From: Neovahlkampfia damariscottae
Lineage: Eukaryota
Assembly: GCA_016618085.1 (NCBI GenBank)
Contig: JABLTG010000132.1
Span: 1 to 59,557, forward strand
Direction of reading: 5' to 3'
Length of the DNA: 59,557 bases
The number at the start of each line of letters is the position of its first letter. Positions within the stretch are counted from its first letter, which is position 1. The notes under the pieces are model-generated. The model searched no databases and was not told where the DNA came from. It worked only from the letters and a program-made list of their open reading frames with translations. Below are positions 33,501 to 46,353 of the stretch, piece after piece. A program made the translations under genes and the position numbers.

Positions 33501-36490
33501 CAAATTCAAATAACCTTTGAAAAGGTCTTTGTAAAATTTCCATTTTTGCTTGTTTTTCATTTGAATTTCCTAATTCTTCATAAATTTTTAAACAAACGTC
33601 CTTTAAAGTTGTACTTTTATTATTTTGATAATAAATATGATGTTGTTTGAAATCTTTTGCAAAATGTCTATAAAATGTGAATAAAGGAACATTTTGTTGA
33701 AGAAAACTACCAATATCCATTGAATCAAGAGTTTCTCTTTCTAAAAAAAAAAATTAAAAAACAATTCATTGTTTACCATGATTTTCTGAGTATATTTTTG
33801 AAAATTGTTGATAAATAACAGAGTGTATCAATTTAATCTGTTTAAAGTTTCCCAATTCAACTTCTAATTTATCATCGGATAAATTTTCAATTATGATATC
33901 CAGATATTTTAAAAATTGACCTTCGTCAATATAAAATTCCGTTAAGATGTCACTTTTATTTGGTTCTTTGAAATTATCACCCATCAATGAAAGAAAAGAA
34001 CTTTTTAGGTTATATGAAGCTAATAATCTCCTTCCTGAATTTCCAGGTGTGTCCACTCGTTTAAACATTAAATCAACATTCTCCAAAATCAAATAACAAA
34101 CTTGATGAATTGAATCATAATTATATTCAACTTGTAACGGATCAGATCGTGATCTTAACAAAAGAGGAGCTATAATTGCAGAAAGTAAATATGAAGGCAT
34201 TTTGTTCTTCAAATGTTGTTTTGATACTCTTTTGAATAATTTGAATAATCTTCTTAATAGCTCAAAATTATGCTTAGGTAAATATTCTAATAATTCCATT
34301 AACTCTTTAATTTGTGTATTTTTATCAGGAATATCTTTTATATTTAATTTATTTTTTTTGAATCTTACGCACAATGGCAATGAAATCATCAAATGCATTG
34401 TATGTTAAAAGAGGTTCTGGCAATGATGAGATGTATTTTTTGAGCAGAGAACATAAAACATGTACTCTTTCATCAAAATTCTTTGTGAAATCTGGAATAG
34501 CACCACAATCAATTTGTCGAATCAAAGAAATAATCTTTTCTTCTTCACCTTCCATTTTGAAAATATTTGGAATTGTAGTACCCAAATCTTCAATGGCTGT
34601 AATTAAAGAATCAATTGCTCTTGGTATTTTTTGATTCTGTTGATTTGATCTTTCCAAAATAGTTGTCAAATTCTCACCAAAAATTCTTGTATTTTCTATA
34701 TTCCTTTTAATCTTTTTTACATTGATATTTTGAAAATAATTCTCAAAATATGATTTTGGTACATCAACTACCAAGTTGATCAAATCATTTATAAAACTTA
34801 ATCCTTCCATATAAGCAAGATTTTCATCTGTGTGAAAATTTTATATTATTTTTATTTTTCACAAACCTCTTTGAGCAAGAATCAATAGACAAAATATTGA
34901 AGTGTGTCTAACTTTTTCATCATTTTGTTCAACCAAATTGATTATTTTATCAATTGCTTTTTCATTCCTAATTTCTTTATTTCCATTGAACTCTTCATCA
35001 AGTCTTGAAATAATGAAACAAATTGAACATTTAGTTTGTGGTGTTGTTCCAATTTTTAAAAATTTTAAAGTTCGTTTCATGTAGTTATTTGAAAGAAAAC
35101 AAATACGATTTTCTTTTACTAATAATATATTCTCTAACGTTATAAAAGCATATTCAACAAATTCTAAACTCATTTCTATTTTCATACTTAAAAGTTCATA
35201 AATTCTTTTTATTGTCTCCAGTTTTGTCAAGTATTTCAAAGCCATACCTTTTAAATCTTTTTTAGAATAAAAATTAAATTTACCATTTGATGAGACAAGT
35301 GAAAATGTTTTCAAAATTTCTTCTAAAGTGTTCATATCTGTTTGTTTATTCAGAGCATAATCCAAATGTTCTATAGCTCCTTCTGTTATAACTTTTGTAA
35401 CTGATGAATTACAAGCAGCTTGTAATTGTTGACAAGCTTCTTCAACACTAGCTTTTTTAGATGAACGTAATTTTGGAAAAATCATCTCATAATCTAACTC
35501 TAATTCATTCTTTTCATTCAAAGATAATAAATCCATAATTGCTTTAACACTTGTACTAATTTGTTTATTTTGATCTCTTTTTAATGTTAACAATTTTAAT
35601 ATAAAATTTGTATCAGCAACCATTTTAATTCTTGACTGTAAATCAAATGAAAATGATTTTAATGCCAAAACACATGCTTCAATAACATCTTCTTCAATTG
35701 CCATATAAAATATCTCTATAATAAGGTCTAAAGTATATTCACTTAATTTCTCGATAGCAGAGGCTAAAAAAAATAAATAAATTTTTTTTTTTTACGATTC
35801 AGTGCCAAAAAAGCACAAAGCAACAGCAAATTTTTCAAAATATCAGAAAATTCATGGTATTTCTCAATACATTTTGCGATTATAGCTGATAAGTTTTTAA
35901 TTTTTTTTACAATATAAATCCTGTTTTCGACTGTTTTTTTAAATTAAAAAATAAAATTGTTTTACCAATTAAGCAAATATTAAATAAAGCCGCACAAACA
36001 TTATTGATAACTTTAATGGTATTTACTTCAGGGTTATAATCTTCATCTAATATATCGAATAAAAAATCAATAGTTTCATTTTTCCTCAGGTACAAACTCG
36101 TTTGTGGATCTTTTGAAAAAATTAAAAGAATTTTTTTGAAAAAACCTTCATCCGCTGCTATATTACAACAAGCTGCTGCTGCTCTTTTTCTGACATTTGC
36201 GTCTTCATATTCCAACAGTTGGTTTAAAAGTTTAAAACCTCCTTTTTTTTCAAAAGCTTTAATGACTGAAACTAAAGAAAAATAAAATTTTGAAATTACT
36301 TACGATATTTGACCTCTTTTTGTATTTTTGCTGAAATTAGTTGATAAGTCATTGCGTCAGGTTTTGTTGCAGCTAATTTTATGATTTCAGACAGACTCAT
36401 ATCCATGACATCATAATCATTTCCTTTTAATGAAACAGAGGATAATTTCCTTGCTCTTCGTGAAGAAGAAAGTTCAGATGACAATCTCAT
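30583..36490 (-). CDS. Multidomain GTPase regulator: ARM repeats - RhoGAP-like - DH-like - TBC-like - DOCK DHR-2 (~1800 aa)
   Basis: All minus-strand ORFs in the interval join in frame via 11 required (plus 2 optional in-frame) short GT-AG introns. Motifs: LKKYISSLPEPLLT (RhoGAP), LQRPFQRL (DH), WFKKLYLEYLPIETTMRIWD (TBC), WLKELAQEH...EAAHC and LQGSVSAGVNGGP (DHR-2). Confidence 0.75.
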
Positions 36491-36577
36491 ATTGTCGGAA
36501 CTGAGTTTTTTTTTGTTATTTTTTTCGTCCAATCAAATGGATACATACAATATAAATAGAAAATATTGATTAAAAGT

Positions 36578-39120
36578 TTATTCATTTTTTTTATTTTCTT
36601 CATAATCTGCTATAAAATGTGCTGCTGATTCCATTGATGAGAAATAATAACCTTCTTCAGAAACCAAACTTTCATCAGATGCTAAGTGTTTTATGAAAGC
36701 AATTTGAGTGAATATATTTTTAATGCATGAACAACTTAAAGTACAGATTAAAACAGGTAAGAAATCATCTATTTTGAATTTTAATTTTTTTTTTTTTTAC
36801 CTCCACAGATGGTTGAATTTTCAGTTTGGGATTCTAAAATTTCCAAGATTCTTTTGCAAGCACAATAGATTGAGATCAGTTTACTTGATGGTGTTCTATG
36901 TTCCGACAATTGATTTAAAATCTCAATTCCATCCCCATAATCTTTTTTGAATTGAATTGGATCCAAAGATGGAAGAAGATCTGAGATCAATGTTGAAGTG
37001 ATTGTTTGAGCATTTTTCTCAAATTTTTGATCATTATCTGAATCTTTGAAGATGATAAAGAATTCTTCATAAACAAAACCAAATAAAATCTTTTCAATGG
37101 CTGCATAAATTTCATTATTTTCCAGATTTAAGTAAGTTCTATTTTCTTCAATGATTTCTGTTAAATCAACAATAAATAATTTAGCATTTTTCAAATAATA
37201 AAAGTCTTCTCTTTCTTCTTTTGATTTACAACATGCTATGAAGTTATTCAAATATTTTCTTTCAAATGTTTGTTCATCCAATAAAATTTCATAAAGTGAA
37301 GAGTGTCTAGTTTTTGGATTTTTTTTTGTAATACTACCAGAAGACATGATGGTTTTGACATTTGTCAATTCTAATTTAATTTCTTCAACTCTTTTTTCAT
37401 AAGCTATTAACTCTTCATTTTTTTCAAAATTAGATTCATAATAAGATGCATGTAACGCTTTGTAATCATTTAAAATAAAATCACATTCAGGAATTTCTTG
37501 ATCAAAGTCAGATGAAGAATTAACCACTAATTTTTGAAATATAGTCTCTAATTCTTGTATCTCTTCTTTTCTTTTTGTGAAAAGAACGAGTTTCGCTCTT
37601 TCTAATTGACTTTGTTTTCTGGTTAATCTCAATTTGGTTTGTGCAAATAGGATATAATGATATTGAATATTGAATGAATTTGTTTTTAGTCCTTCCAATT
37701 CTTTTAGTAGTCCAATGGAAACGTTTTCAAAATCTTCAATATTCTTGTCACATTCATCACATGAATTTTCCAAAAAAAATAAATAACTTTTGATGTTGTG
37801 ATGGGTCAATGAAATTTGTTCAACTTTCAAATGTTTTATCAATGTTTCAATACCTTGAATCATTTGGTTCTCTGAAAACATATGTGTCCAAAATTCTGAC
37901 ATTTCTTGATCTCTCAGATATAAAAATCTGTATTCGATATCATTTTTGATTAAATATGTTTCTAAAAGATCAATTTTGAGTGAATAATTGGATATTTCTT
38001 TTGTATAGATTTGTATTTGAATCTCTACCAAATACTTTTCATTTTCATTTTCAACAAATACTATTTCTTCAACATCTTTTTCAGCTGGATAAAAGTTTAA
38101 CAATTTTTGAGCTAAATCCAATTGATTTTTTTTGACTTTTTCCTTTTTTTCTCTTTCTTTTTCAAGTGTTTTTTCTGTATATTTTATAAATCTTTCCCTG
38201 AGCTCAATAGAAATGGCTTCAATTTGTTTTTGTAATTCTTCAACTTCTTTATCAATTTCTTTGATGTCTCTCAAGAATGCATCTTTCAATTGTGATTTAA
38301 ATTGATTTAATTTTGGTAATTTTAATCTTGACTTGCAAATTTTGATAAACTGAAATCTTATAAATGCTTCTTTTGCTTCCAATTTTTGAAGTTTTTTTTT
38401 TTGATAAACATTCAAAAATTCTAAAAATAAATGACATGTTCGATCGTCTTTATTTCCTTGAGTCTCTGAAAATTCAATTCCTATTTGAAAAAATATTTCA
38501 AAAAACTTTTTTTTTATTTTACCCATGCTCTCAACTTGTTTTATTCGTTCATGAAGAGTATACATATATTCTTGGTAATCTGCTTGATTTTTCTGGATCT
38601 TTTTCGATATTTTTTGATACCATTTGAATAAATAACTTGCTCCTTGGATCATATTATCATCAGTTGATTTTGTTTGAATTAATTTTAATAACTTTTCCAT
38701 ATCTGCTTCTTTTTCTGTTTTTTCATAAATAAAAGCAACATTCAAGACTCTTTTCCAAGGACTTAAATCTTTTTTGGTTATAATATTTTTCAATGAAACC
38801 ACCCATTCTGTACACGAAACATGGGTATCACATGAAAAAAAATGAGAAGATGATTTTGTTTGAATTTTGAAAAAGTATTCTTGTGAAGTAGATTTAGATT
38901 TTGATACTTCTTCTCTATCAACTATTTCTATGTTTATATTTTTTTTTTCTGATAAATCAAACTTCCATTCTGCTGCGGAGATTTTTAATTTTGAAGGTGA
39001 ATCAGGAAATTGAAAAAGAAAATTTCCTTTTAGTTGATAGTATTTGGGTGACCATCTTTTCATGATTGTTCCTTCTTCTTTTTTCAACCATCCTTCACAG
39101 ATGATTGTTGATGGATCCAT
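36578..39120 (-). CDS. PH domain - coiled coil - VPS9 domain protein (Rab5-family GEF)
   Basis: CEGWLKKEEG...WVVSL (PH). RTPSSKL, then after an intron near 36768-36800, GDDFLPVL and EEGYYFSS (VPS9). Confidence 0.85.
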
Positions 39121-39320
39121 TTTTTTAAAAAGTGGAATGATTGGTCAAGTATTTCACATCTCATTTTCATGAATCTAATTTCCTTTCTTTAATAAAAATA
39201 ATTTCAAAGGTTGAACCTTCAAAACTATAAGATGATTGGTTCGTATATTTAGATTCGAAACTTCAAGTACGAAAACTATATCATTGGTCAAACAAAAAAC
39301 TTTCTTCAACCACAACCAAG

Positions 39321-40115
39321 ATGACAACAATTCACGTTAAAGCAAAGTTTGAAAATGTATGTAAAAGATTTCAAATGGAGGATACCACAACTTATGTAGA
39401 ATTCCTTAAAAAACTTCAAGAAATGTATTCTATTCAAAACGCTTTTTATATCAAATATATTGATGAAGACAATGATCAAATTGTTCTCTCAAATGAAGAA
39501 GAATATAAAGAAGCAGTTCATGTCGCAAAAGATTCAAAAGTCTTCAAAATCTTTATCACCGTTGATTACTCAAAGCCAGTTGAAGAAATTAAAGTTTTTC
39601 TTGGAAATGCTTACACTGAAACAGAAAAAGTAGTTCATCAATTTGTTGAAAAGTTACAAGACAAAGAAACTCATGAGCACATCAAAAAATCTTTGGGTGA
39701 ATTTGGAATTATGGTTCAAGGAGGTGCCTTAACTGCATATAACACCACTCAACAAGCAATCAGTTCATTACAAAATAAAATTGTACCAAAAACTGAAGAC
39801 CTCACAAACTTTGAAGATGTAGTTGTAAATGTTGAAGATGAAGAATTCATTAAAGAAGATGAAGCAAGTGTAGAAAAAGAAGAATCAAAACCTCAACAAA
39901 AAGTTGTTCCAAATTTTGAAGAAAAAAAAGAAGGACAATCATGGATGGTTCTTGAACAATCTGAAGAATTACCAAAACAAGTTGAACAGTTCAGCAATGA
40001 ACTCAGCTTTCTTGAACAAATGGGTTTTGTTGACACTCAAAAAAACATTAATTTGTTGAATGATAATCAAGGAGACATTACAAAAGTTGTGCAAATTTTA
40101 TTAAGTGAAAAATAA
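39321..40115 (+). CDS. PB1-UBA protein (p62/NBR1-like autophagy receptor)
   Basis: PB1 (VKAKF...IKYIDEDNDQIVL), W-x-x-L LIR-like SWMVL, and C-terminal UBA (LEQMGF...NQGDITKVVQIL). Confidence 0.8.
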   Translation: MTTIHVKAKFENVCKRFQMEDTTTYVEFLKKLQEMYSIQNAFYIKYIDEDNDQIVLSNEEEYKEAVHVAKDSKVFKIFITVDYSKPVEEIKVFLGNAYTETEKVVHQFVEKLQDKETHEHIKKSLGEFGIMVQGGALTAYNTTQQAISSLQNKIVPKTEDLTNFEDVVVNVEDEEFIKEDEASVEKEESKPQQKVVPNFEEKKEGQSWMVLEQSEELPKQVEQFSNELSFLEQMGFVDTQKNINLLNDNQGDITKVVQILLSEK

Positions 40116-40223
40116 AGAAGTTACTTTAGTTTTTTGTTTTTTTTTGTTTTTTTAAAATTTCTTTTATTTTTTCTGTAAAACTTGAATGTTACGGGTTATA
40201 AAATTTTTCTTTTGCAAAAAATT

Positions 40224-40234
40224 TTTGGCGCCAA
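40224..40234. promoter_or_regulatory. E2F-like palindromic site TTTGGCGCCAA upstream of XMAP215
   Basis: Exact match to the TTTSSCGC consensus in an otherwise AT-rich promoter. Confidence 0.45.
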
Positions 40235-40345
40235 TTCCGTAATTTGGTTGCTTTTAATTGGCTAGTTTACTTTACCCGCTCAATTTTTAGCGTGAAGAAG
40301 TAAAGCTAATTAGGCGTTACGTTTTACCGAACCTTACCTTAAAAA

Positions 40346-43300
40346 ATGAATGGATTTGAACAGCAACAACAAGCCCAACAACAACAGAAAGAAAGTTTTG
40401 ATCATCTACCAATAAACGAAAGATTAAAACATAAAAGTTATGATGCAAGAAAACATGGAGTTGAAGAAATCATTAAAAAGTTCAAAGAAGAAACAGAATT
40501 CACAGGAGGATCATTTTCTCAATTTGAAGGTAAAAAAACAACGACCAAAATTGACGTGTTTTTTCAGATTTTTTACCTTTACTTGTAGCTGATAAAAATG
40601 TACTTGTAGCTGAAAAATCATTAGAAGCAGTGAAATTATGGCTTGAAAATTATTCAAAATACTCCATGTAAAAAAAAATCAAAAAATTTAATCTTTATTA
40701 GAACTTCAAAAGATATCATTCCAGTTTTAGTTGAAAAATCATTAGGAGCACCAAAAACAAAAAAATCAGCAATTGAACTTTTATTACTTTTCATTGAATA
40801 TGAACTTGTGGATGTTGTCATTGTAAGTGCTTTTATTGAAAAATTTCTAATGAACTTTTAGAACGAATTAGTAAAAGGTTTTGAACATAAAACACCAAAA
40901 ATTCGTCAAACCTCCGTTGAAGTCATCAAAGAAGCAGTTATGTAAGTTTACTTTTTTTCTAAAACGATTATTTAAAAAAGTGCGTATGGTATTCCTGTTG
41001 TTCCAGTGAAGAACTTTATTCAACCATTGATGAAATTATTTGATGATAAGAACGCACCTGTTCGTAAAGAAGTCACTAATTTAACAGTTGAATTGTATAA
41101 ATGGATTAAGGATGGAATTAAACCATTTATTTCAAATCTCAGACCTGCACAATTAAAAGATTTGGAAAAATCTTTTCAAGGTGTTGATGAACAACCAACA
41201 GCAACAAGATTTTTAAAATCTTATGTTCCACCTGCCGCTGCTGATGTTTCAGAAGATTGTGAAGATGAAGATGTTGAAATTCAAGATGCTCCAGTTGTTC
41301 AAATTGAATTACCAGGAATTGAAATCCTTTCAAAAATCAAACGTGAGTGGTTTGGAAAAATGGTAAACTTTTTTTTTTAACACAAATGTAGATGGAAGGT
41401 GTTGATCCAAATTATAAAGGAACAAAAGAAGAAGAACCAAAACCGTTCAAAGTTAGACAAGATGCGCTTAAAGAACTGAATGAACTTTTAGTTGACGTTG
41501 AAAAATTGGAAAGTGGAGATTACTCAAATGTTATATCTCATGTCTTGAAGGTTTAGATTTGTTTTTTTTTACAATTTTTTAGACTTGCTCAGAACCTCAA
41601 ATTTTAGTTGCTCAAAGTGGTTTAGAAGCAGTTGACCATTTACTCAGAGGATTAAAATCAGAATTTAGTTCCTACACTGGAAGTGTCATTCCAGTTGTTG
41701 TTCCAAAATTCAAAGAAAAAAGATCACAAATTTTGAAATTGATTCATTCAATACTAACAAACATTGATGCTCATTGTAAACCATTTACAGAATTTTTAGA
41801 TGGTAAGATTAACGAAAGTTTTGTTAATTTTTTTTGTTAGTTTTGTCAGAAGGATTGAAGAATAAAGCACCAAATATGAGAGAACAAATCATGGTGTTCA
41901 TTGATTCATGTTTAAAAAAGAATTCAAAAGATACCCAAAAACATGTTAAAGTTCTTATACCAATGATCTATCAACAATTTGAAAATGCAAATCCAGCTGT
42001 AAGAAACATGGCATCAAAGGTTTTTGGAAGATTAATGTTTTCTTATGACAAAGAATCCAAACCTTACTTTAACAAATTGGATGCTCAAAAACAAAAGAAA
42101 ATTACAGATGAACTTCAAAAACTTGAAAAGGAATCCCCAGCAAAAGCACCTGTAAATCAAAAGAAGAGAACTGCGACTGTCATGCAAGAAAAACCTGCAG
42201 AAGTTGCTCCAAAGAAACAAAAAGTTCAAAAAGAAGCACCAAGTTCATCAAGAAAATTGGTAAAGAAAGTGGTTAAAAGATCAGTTTCTGCTCCAAAGAA
42301 ACAAACTATTGATCGTGATATGGTCTCAATAAATCCAAGATATTCAGCTGAAGATGCAGAAGAAAAGTATAACTCTTTGGTTTCGCAAGAGATTCGTTCA
42401 GGTTTCAATGAAAAGAAATGGGAAGTGAGATGTCAAGCCTTTGATGAACTTTCCATCTTCATTGAAAAATTACAAGGAGATAAAAAATTAGACTCAAATG
42501 CTGAACTTCTTATTCATATGCTCCAAGTAAAACCAAGTTGGAAAGAAGCAAATGTTAATATCCTAGTAAAAATGACAGCATTTCTCAAAAAACTTGTTGA
42601 ATCTACTGAAGAGCTTTCTGGATTTGTTGCAGTTTCAATAATGGACTTTGTTTTATTAAAATTGGCCACTGCTAAACTTAGAGAAGCTTTAAAAGAAAAT
42701 TTAATGGCAATTAGCACCGCAATATCACCTCAATTTGTTTTTAACGAAGTAATGAAACGTTTACAAGATATCAAATCACCAACAGTTATCATTGAAATAT
42801 TATCATGGACAACTGAAGCTATTGATGATTTTGGAATTAACTTGTTCAAACCAAAGGCAATTATAGATCAAATGAAAAAATACATTGACAACACAAATGT
42901 TAAAATTAAAAAAGCTTCTATTTCAGTGCTTTGTACACTCAAGAAATATGTTGGAGATTCTTTATTAGCTCACTTCAATGACATAAAACCTGCTCTCCTG
43001 TCATTATTGAAAGATGAATGTGCAAAAGTCGAACAAGTATCAAAAGTCATACCGAAGAGAAAAGTAAGAGGAGCTGAAGAATCAAAAGAAGAAATTTCAG
43101 CTTCAATAAATTCAGATGAAGCAAGAGTTGATATCAATCCACAAATTACTGAACATTTGAAAAATTTAGACAGTCATCAATGGAAAAACAGAGCTGAAGG
43201 AATAGAATCAATTGAAAAAATAGTTGAATCAACTGGAGGACAAATAACAGCAAATATAGGAAGTTTAATTCAATCTTTGAAGAAAAGACTTGATACAGAA

Positions 43301-46081
43301 GTTAACTTAAAAATTACAGCATCAACAATTCAATTAATTAACAAAATTGCTTCTGCTGTCGGTCCAAGTATTCAAAAATTTTCACCAGTTTTATTGCCAA
43401 GTTTAGTTCCTCATATTGTTTCAAATAAACCTGATGTCAGAAAACATGCAGTTGAAGCTGTTGAGTCATGGGTACAAGCTGGAGGATCATTTTCATTGAA
43501 ATATTTTGGACACGTTTTGGCACAAGACAAAGGAGCTTTGGAAGGAAAAAAAGAAATTTTAACATTCATTCTTGATCAATTTGATCTTTTGCAACTTAAA
43601 GAACCAGAATACATAGATATCAAACCAATCATCAACTGCTTGGACTCAAGTTCTAATGAAGTCAAAAAATCAGCTGAAACTACAATTTTGAAACTTATTT
43701 CATTAACAGGACTGACACAAATGAAATACATTTCAAAAGATGCAAAACCATCTGTTGCTTCACAATTAAGTGCAATCTTCAAAAAAGGTGTTGAAATTAA
43801 ACAACAAGGTGTTGAATCACCACAAGAAGTCAAAGAATCAACATTTGTGAGAGAATCACCAAAGGAAGAAGTTAAAGTTATTGAACTTTTTGAACTTTTA
43901 CCGAATTCTGAAAAAGCAACAAGAGAAAAGAATCAAGCTGGAAATCCATGGATACTTGAAGATTCCATGAGACAAGATCTTTATCTACTTGTATCTCAAC
44001 AATCAGAACAATGCTTCTCTTCATCACTTCACAAATTGCTATTTTCAACTGATGCTTCAAACAACTTGTCAGGACTTTCAAAAATGAAAGATTTATTCAA
44101 ATCAATGGAGAAAGAAATGATTGATTCTTTGGATGTTATTTTGAAATATTGTTCATTTCAATTATTTGATTCCAAATTATCAATCAAAGAGTGTTCTTTG
44201 TCAATAATATTAGATTTGTTTCAACAACTGAAAGCTCAAAAATATATTTTATCAGATTATGAATCAAACATCATTTTACCATTAGTATTTGAATTAACTG
44301 GTCATCATATCAATACAATTCGTGAAAAATCAAAGTTAATTGTAGAATTGTCCATTGATATTTCATCACGTGTTGCTTTTCATTTATTAAATTCATTATC
44401 ATCAACCAATAGTTTAACTCGTCACAATATTTTGACACAAATGATGAACTTTTTAAATGAAAAGTCATTGGATATTTTTACCATTGTCCAAAATGAATTA
44501 TTTAACAAAATTTTGATCTGTCTTGATGATTCAGAAAAAATCAAAACTTCTTTGTCAAGAGTACTCAAAATTATTTATTCAATTATTGGAACTCAAATGT
44601 TTAGTTATCTTAAAGTAACAGAATTTCAAAAAGAAATCATCGAAGAATGTGTTAGAAATGTTAAAATGGTTCAAAAATCAACTCAAGAAACAGAAGTTAA
44701 AAAAGTTACACCTGTTAAAGTTAAAGAAGAAAAACCTAGCGCTACTTTCTTGAAATTGGTCAATTATTCGGAATTGGATGATTTATTTAAGTCACCTGTT
44801 GAAAGAGATTCATTTATGGTTTTACTCAGAAGTATTGATCCAAAAGTAGAAACAGAAGAAGATATTGAAAATGAAATTGTTTCATTGAAGAAATTGATCA
44901 ATGTTTTTCAATCAAAAGACAATTCGATCATCATTCATTTAAAAGAAATTGTTACAAGAACATCAGTTTATTTTGCAGAATTGATTCAATCAAACACAAT
45001 TAATTTCAGATTTTGTAAATATATTTTGAGTACTTTACTTGTTTTGTTTGGAAATCGCCAATTTGTTGAATTAATGGCTATTGAAGACTTACAAAGATTA
45101 ATTCACATAAACATCAATTCAATTGTTAATGATGAATTAATTGTAAAAGTACAAGATGGAAATCAATTAATTAAAGGAATGAATACATTAATTGGACATA
45201 TTATGGAGAATTCAGATAATACTTATGTGTTTAGTGCTATGATTAAATTGTTACTTCACACAACTCAACAAGAAATTAAAGGAAAATATATTGAATTGTT
45301 GATCAAATGTATTTTGAAATTGACCAAAGATTTCTCAACAACAATCTCAAAAATTGATATTGATATCATTTTGTTAGAATTTCATGAATTTTTGACATTA
45401 TACCCACCAACTGTTCTGAGAGAAAAATCAGATCTTGCGCTTCGAACAATTAAAACAACTTTAAATGAAATTGTGAAATTAAAAGGACCAACAATTAGAA
45501 CACACCTTTCATTGATTCCAACACATAAAAGTCCTGTCATTGTAACATATATTGAAATGATGTTGAAGACAACAAAAACACAAACACCTCAGAAATCAAT
45601 GAGAAAATCAAAAATACCATCAAAACTACAAACAGTTCCTCAAGACAAAGAATTAGATGATATTTTTGTTGCAATTCAAAATCCAGATACAACAAGTTCA
45701 GGTATTTATAGACTTTATAAATTTATAGTTGATCACCCAAATGTTGATTTCAAATCATCACATTTATCAAAGTGCAGTCAAGTATTTCAAGATTATATTT
45801 TGAGACAATTAGAAAAAACGAAGAATTTAGAATTGGAAGCAAATAAAATGTTTGTTGAGAAGAAAACAACACCACTTGAAATTACAAGAGCACGAAGGAA
45901 ATTGTCAACCATTGACAATTCAACAATGGATATTTCTAAAGTGAAATCACCATCAAAATTTGAAACGAGAAGATCAACTTTGAATTTTACAAATGAAACA
46001 ACTACAACAGATTTGGCATCCATTAAATCAAGATTAATGGCTCTTGGTGATGAAAAAGAAAATCTAACAAGTGAAAAATAA
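40346..46081 (+). CDS. CKAP5: XMAP215/Dis1/ch-TOG microtubule polymerase (TOG domains)
   Basis: LPINERLKHKSYDAR, LFDDKNAPVRKE...VELYKWI, LRPAQLKDL, KWEVRCQA and WKNRAEGI TOG repeats, plus the C-terminal IKCILKL region. Several short introns in the 5' part. Confidence 0.9.
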
Positions 46082-46353
46082 ATAATTTTTTTGAAAAAGA
46101 TATAACATTTTAATTGGATCAGATTCCACCATATTATTGTTTATTTCTCTTGATTCTTTTATTTACTGCAACCACCATTTGAATTCCCATCTTTATTATC
46201 AATATTTGATGATGTTTGTAATCATCAAATCTTCAGACAGCCATCTTTATCAATTTTCATTCAGAACATTCTAAAGTTTAATCTCAGTATTTTTGGATTT
46301 TTGCATTTTATAATTGGTTCAGACTGTCTAAAAATAAGTTTTCAAAAAAAGTC

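Noticed and set aside
46090..46310. Coding-like minus-strand stretch between XMAP215 and the ceramidase gene
   Set aside because: Multiple stops and no recognisable motif; at most an unassignable relic.
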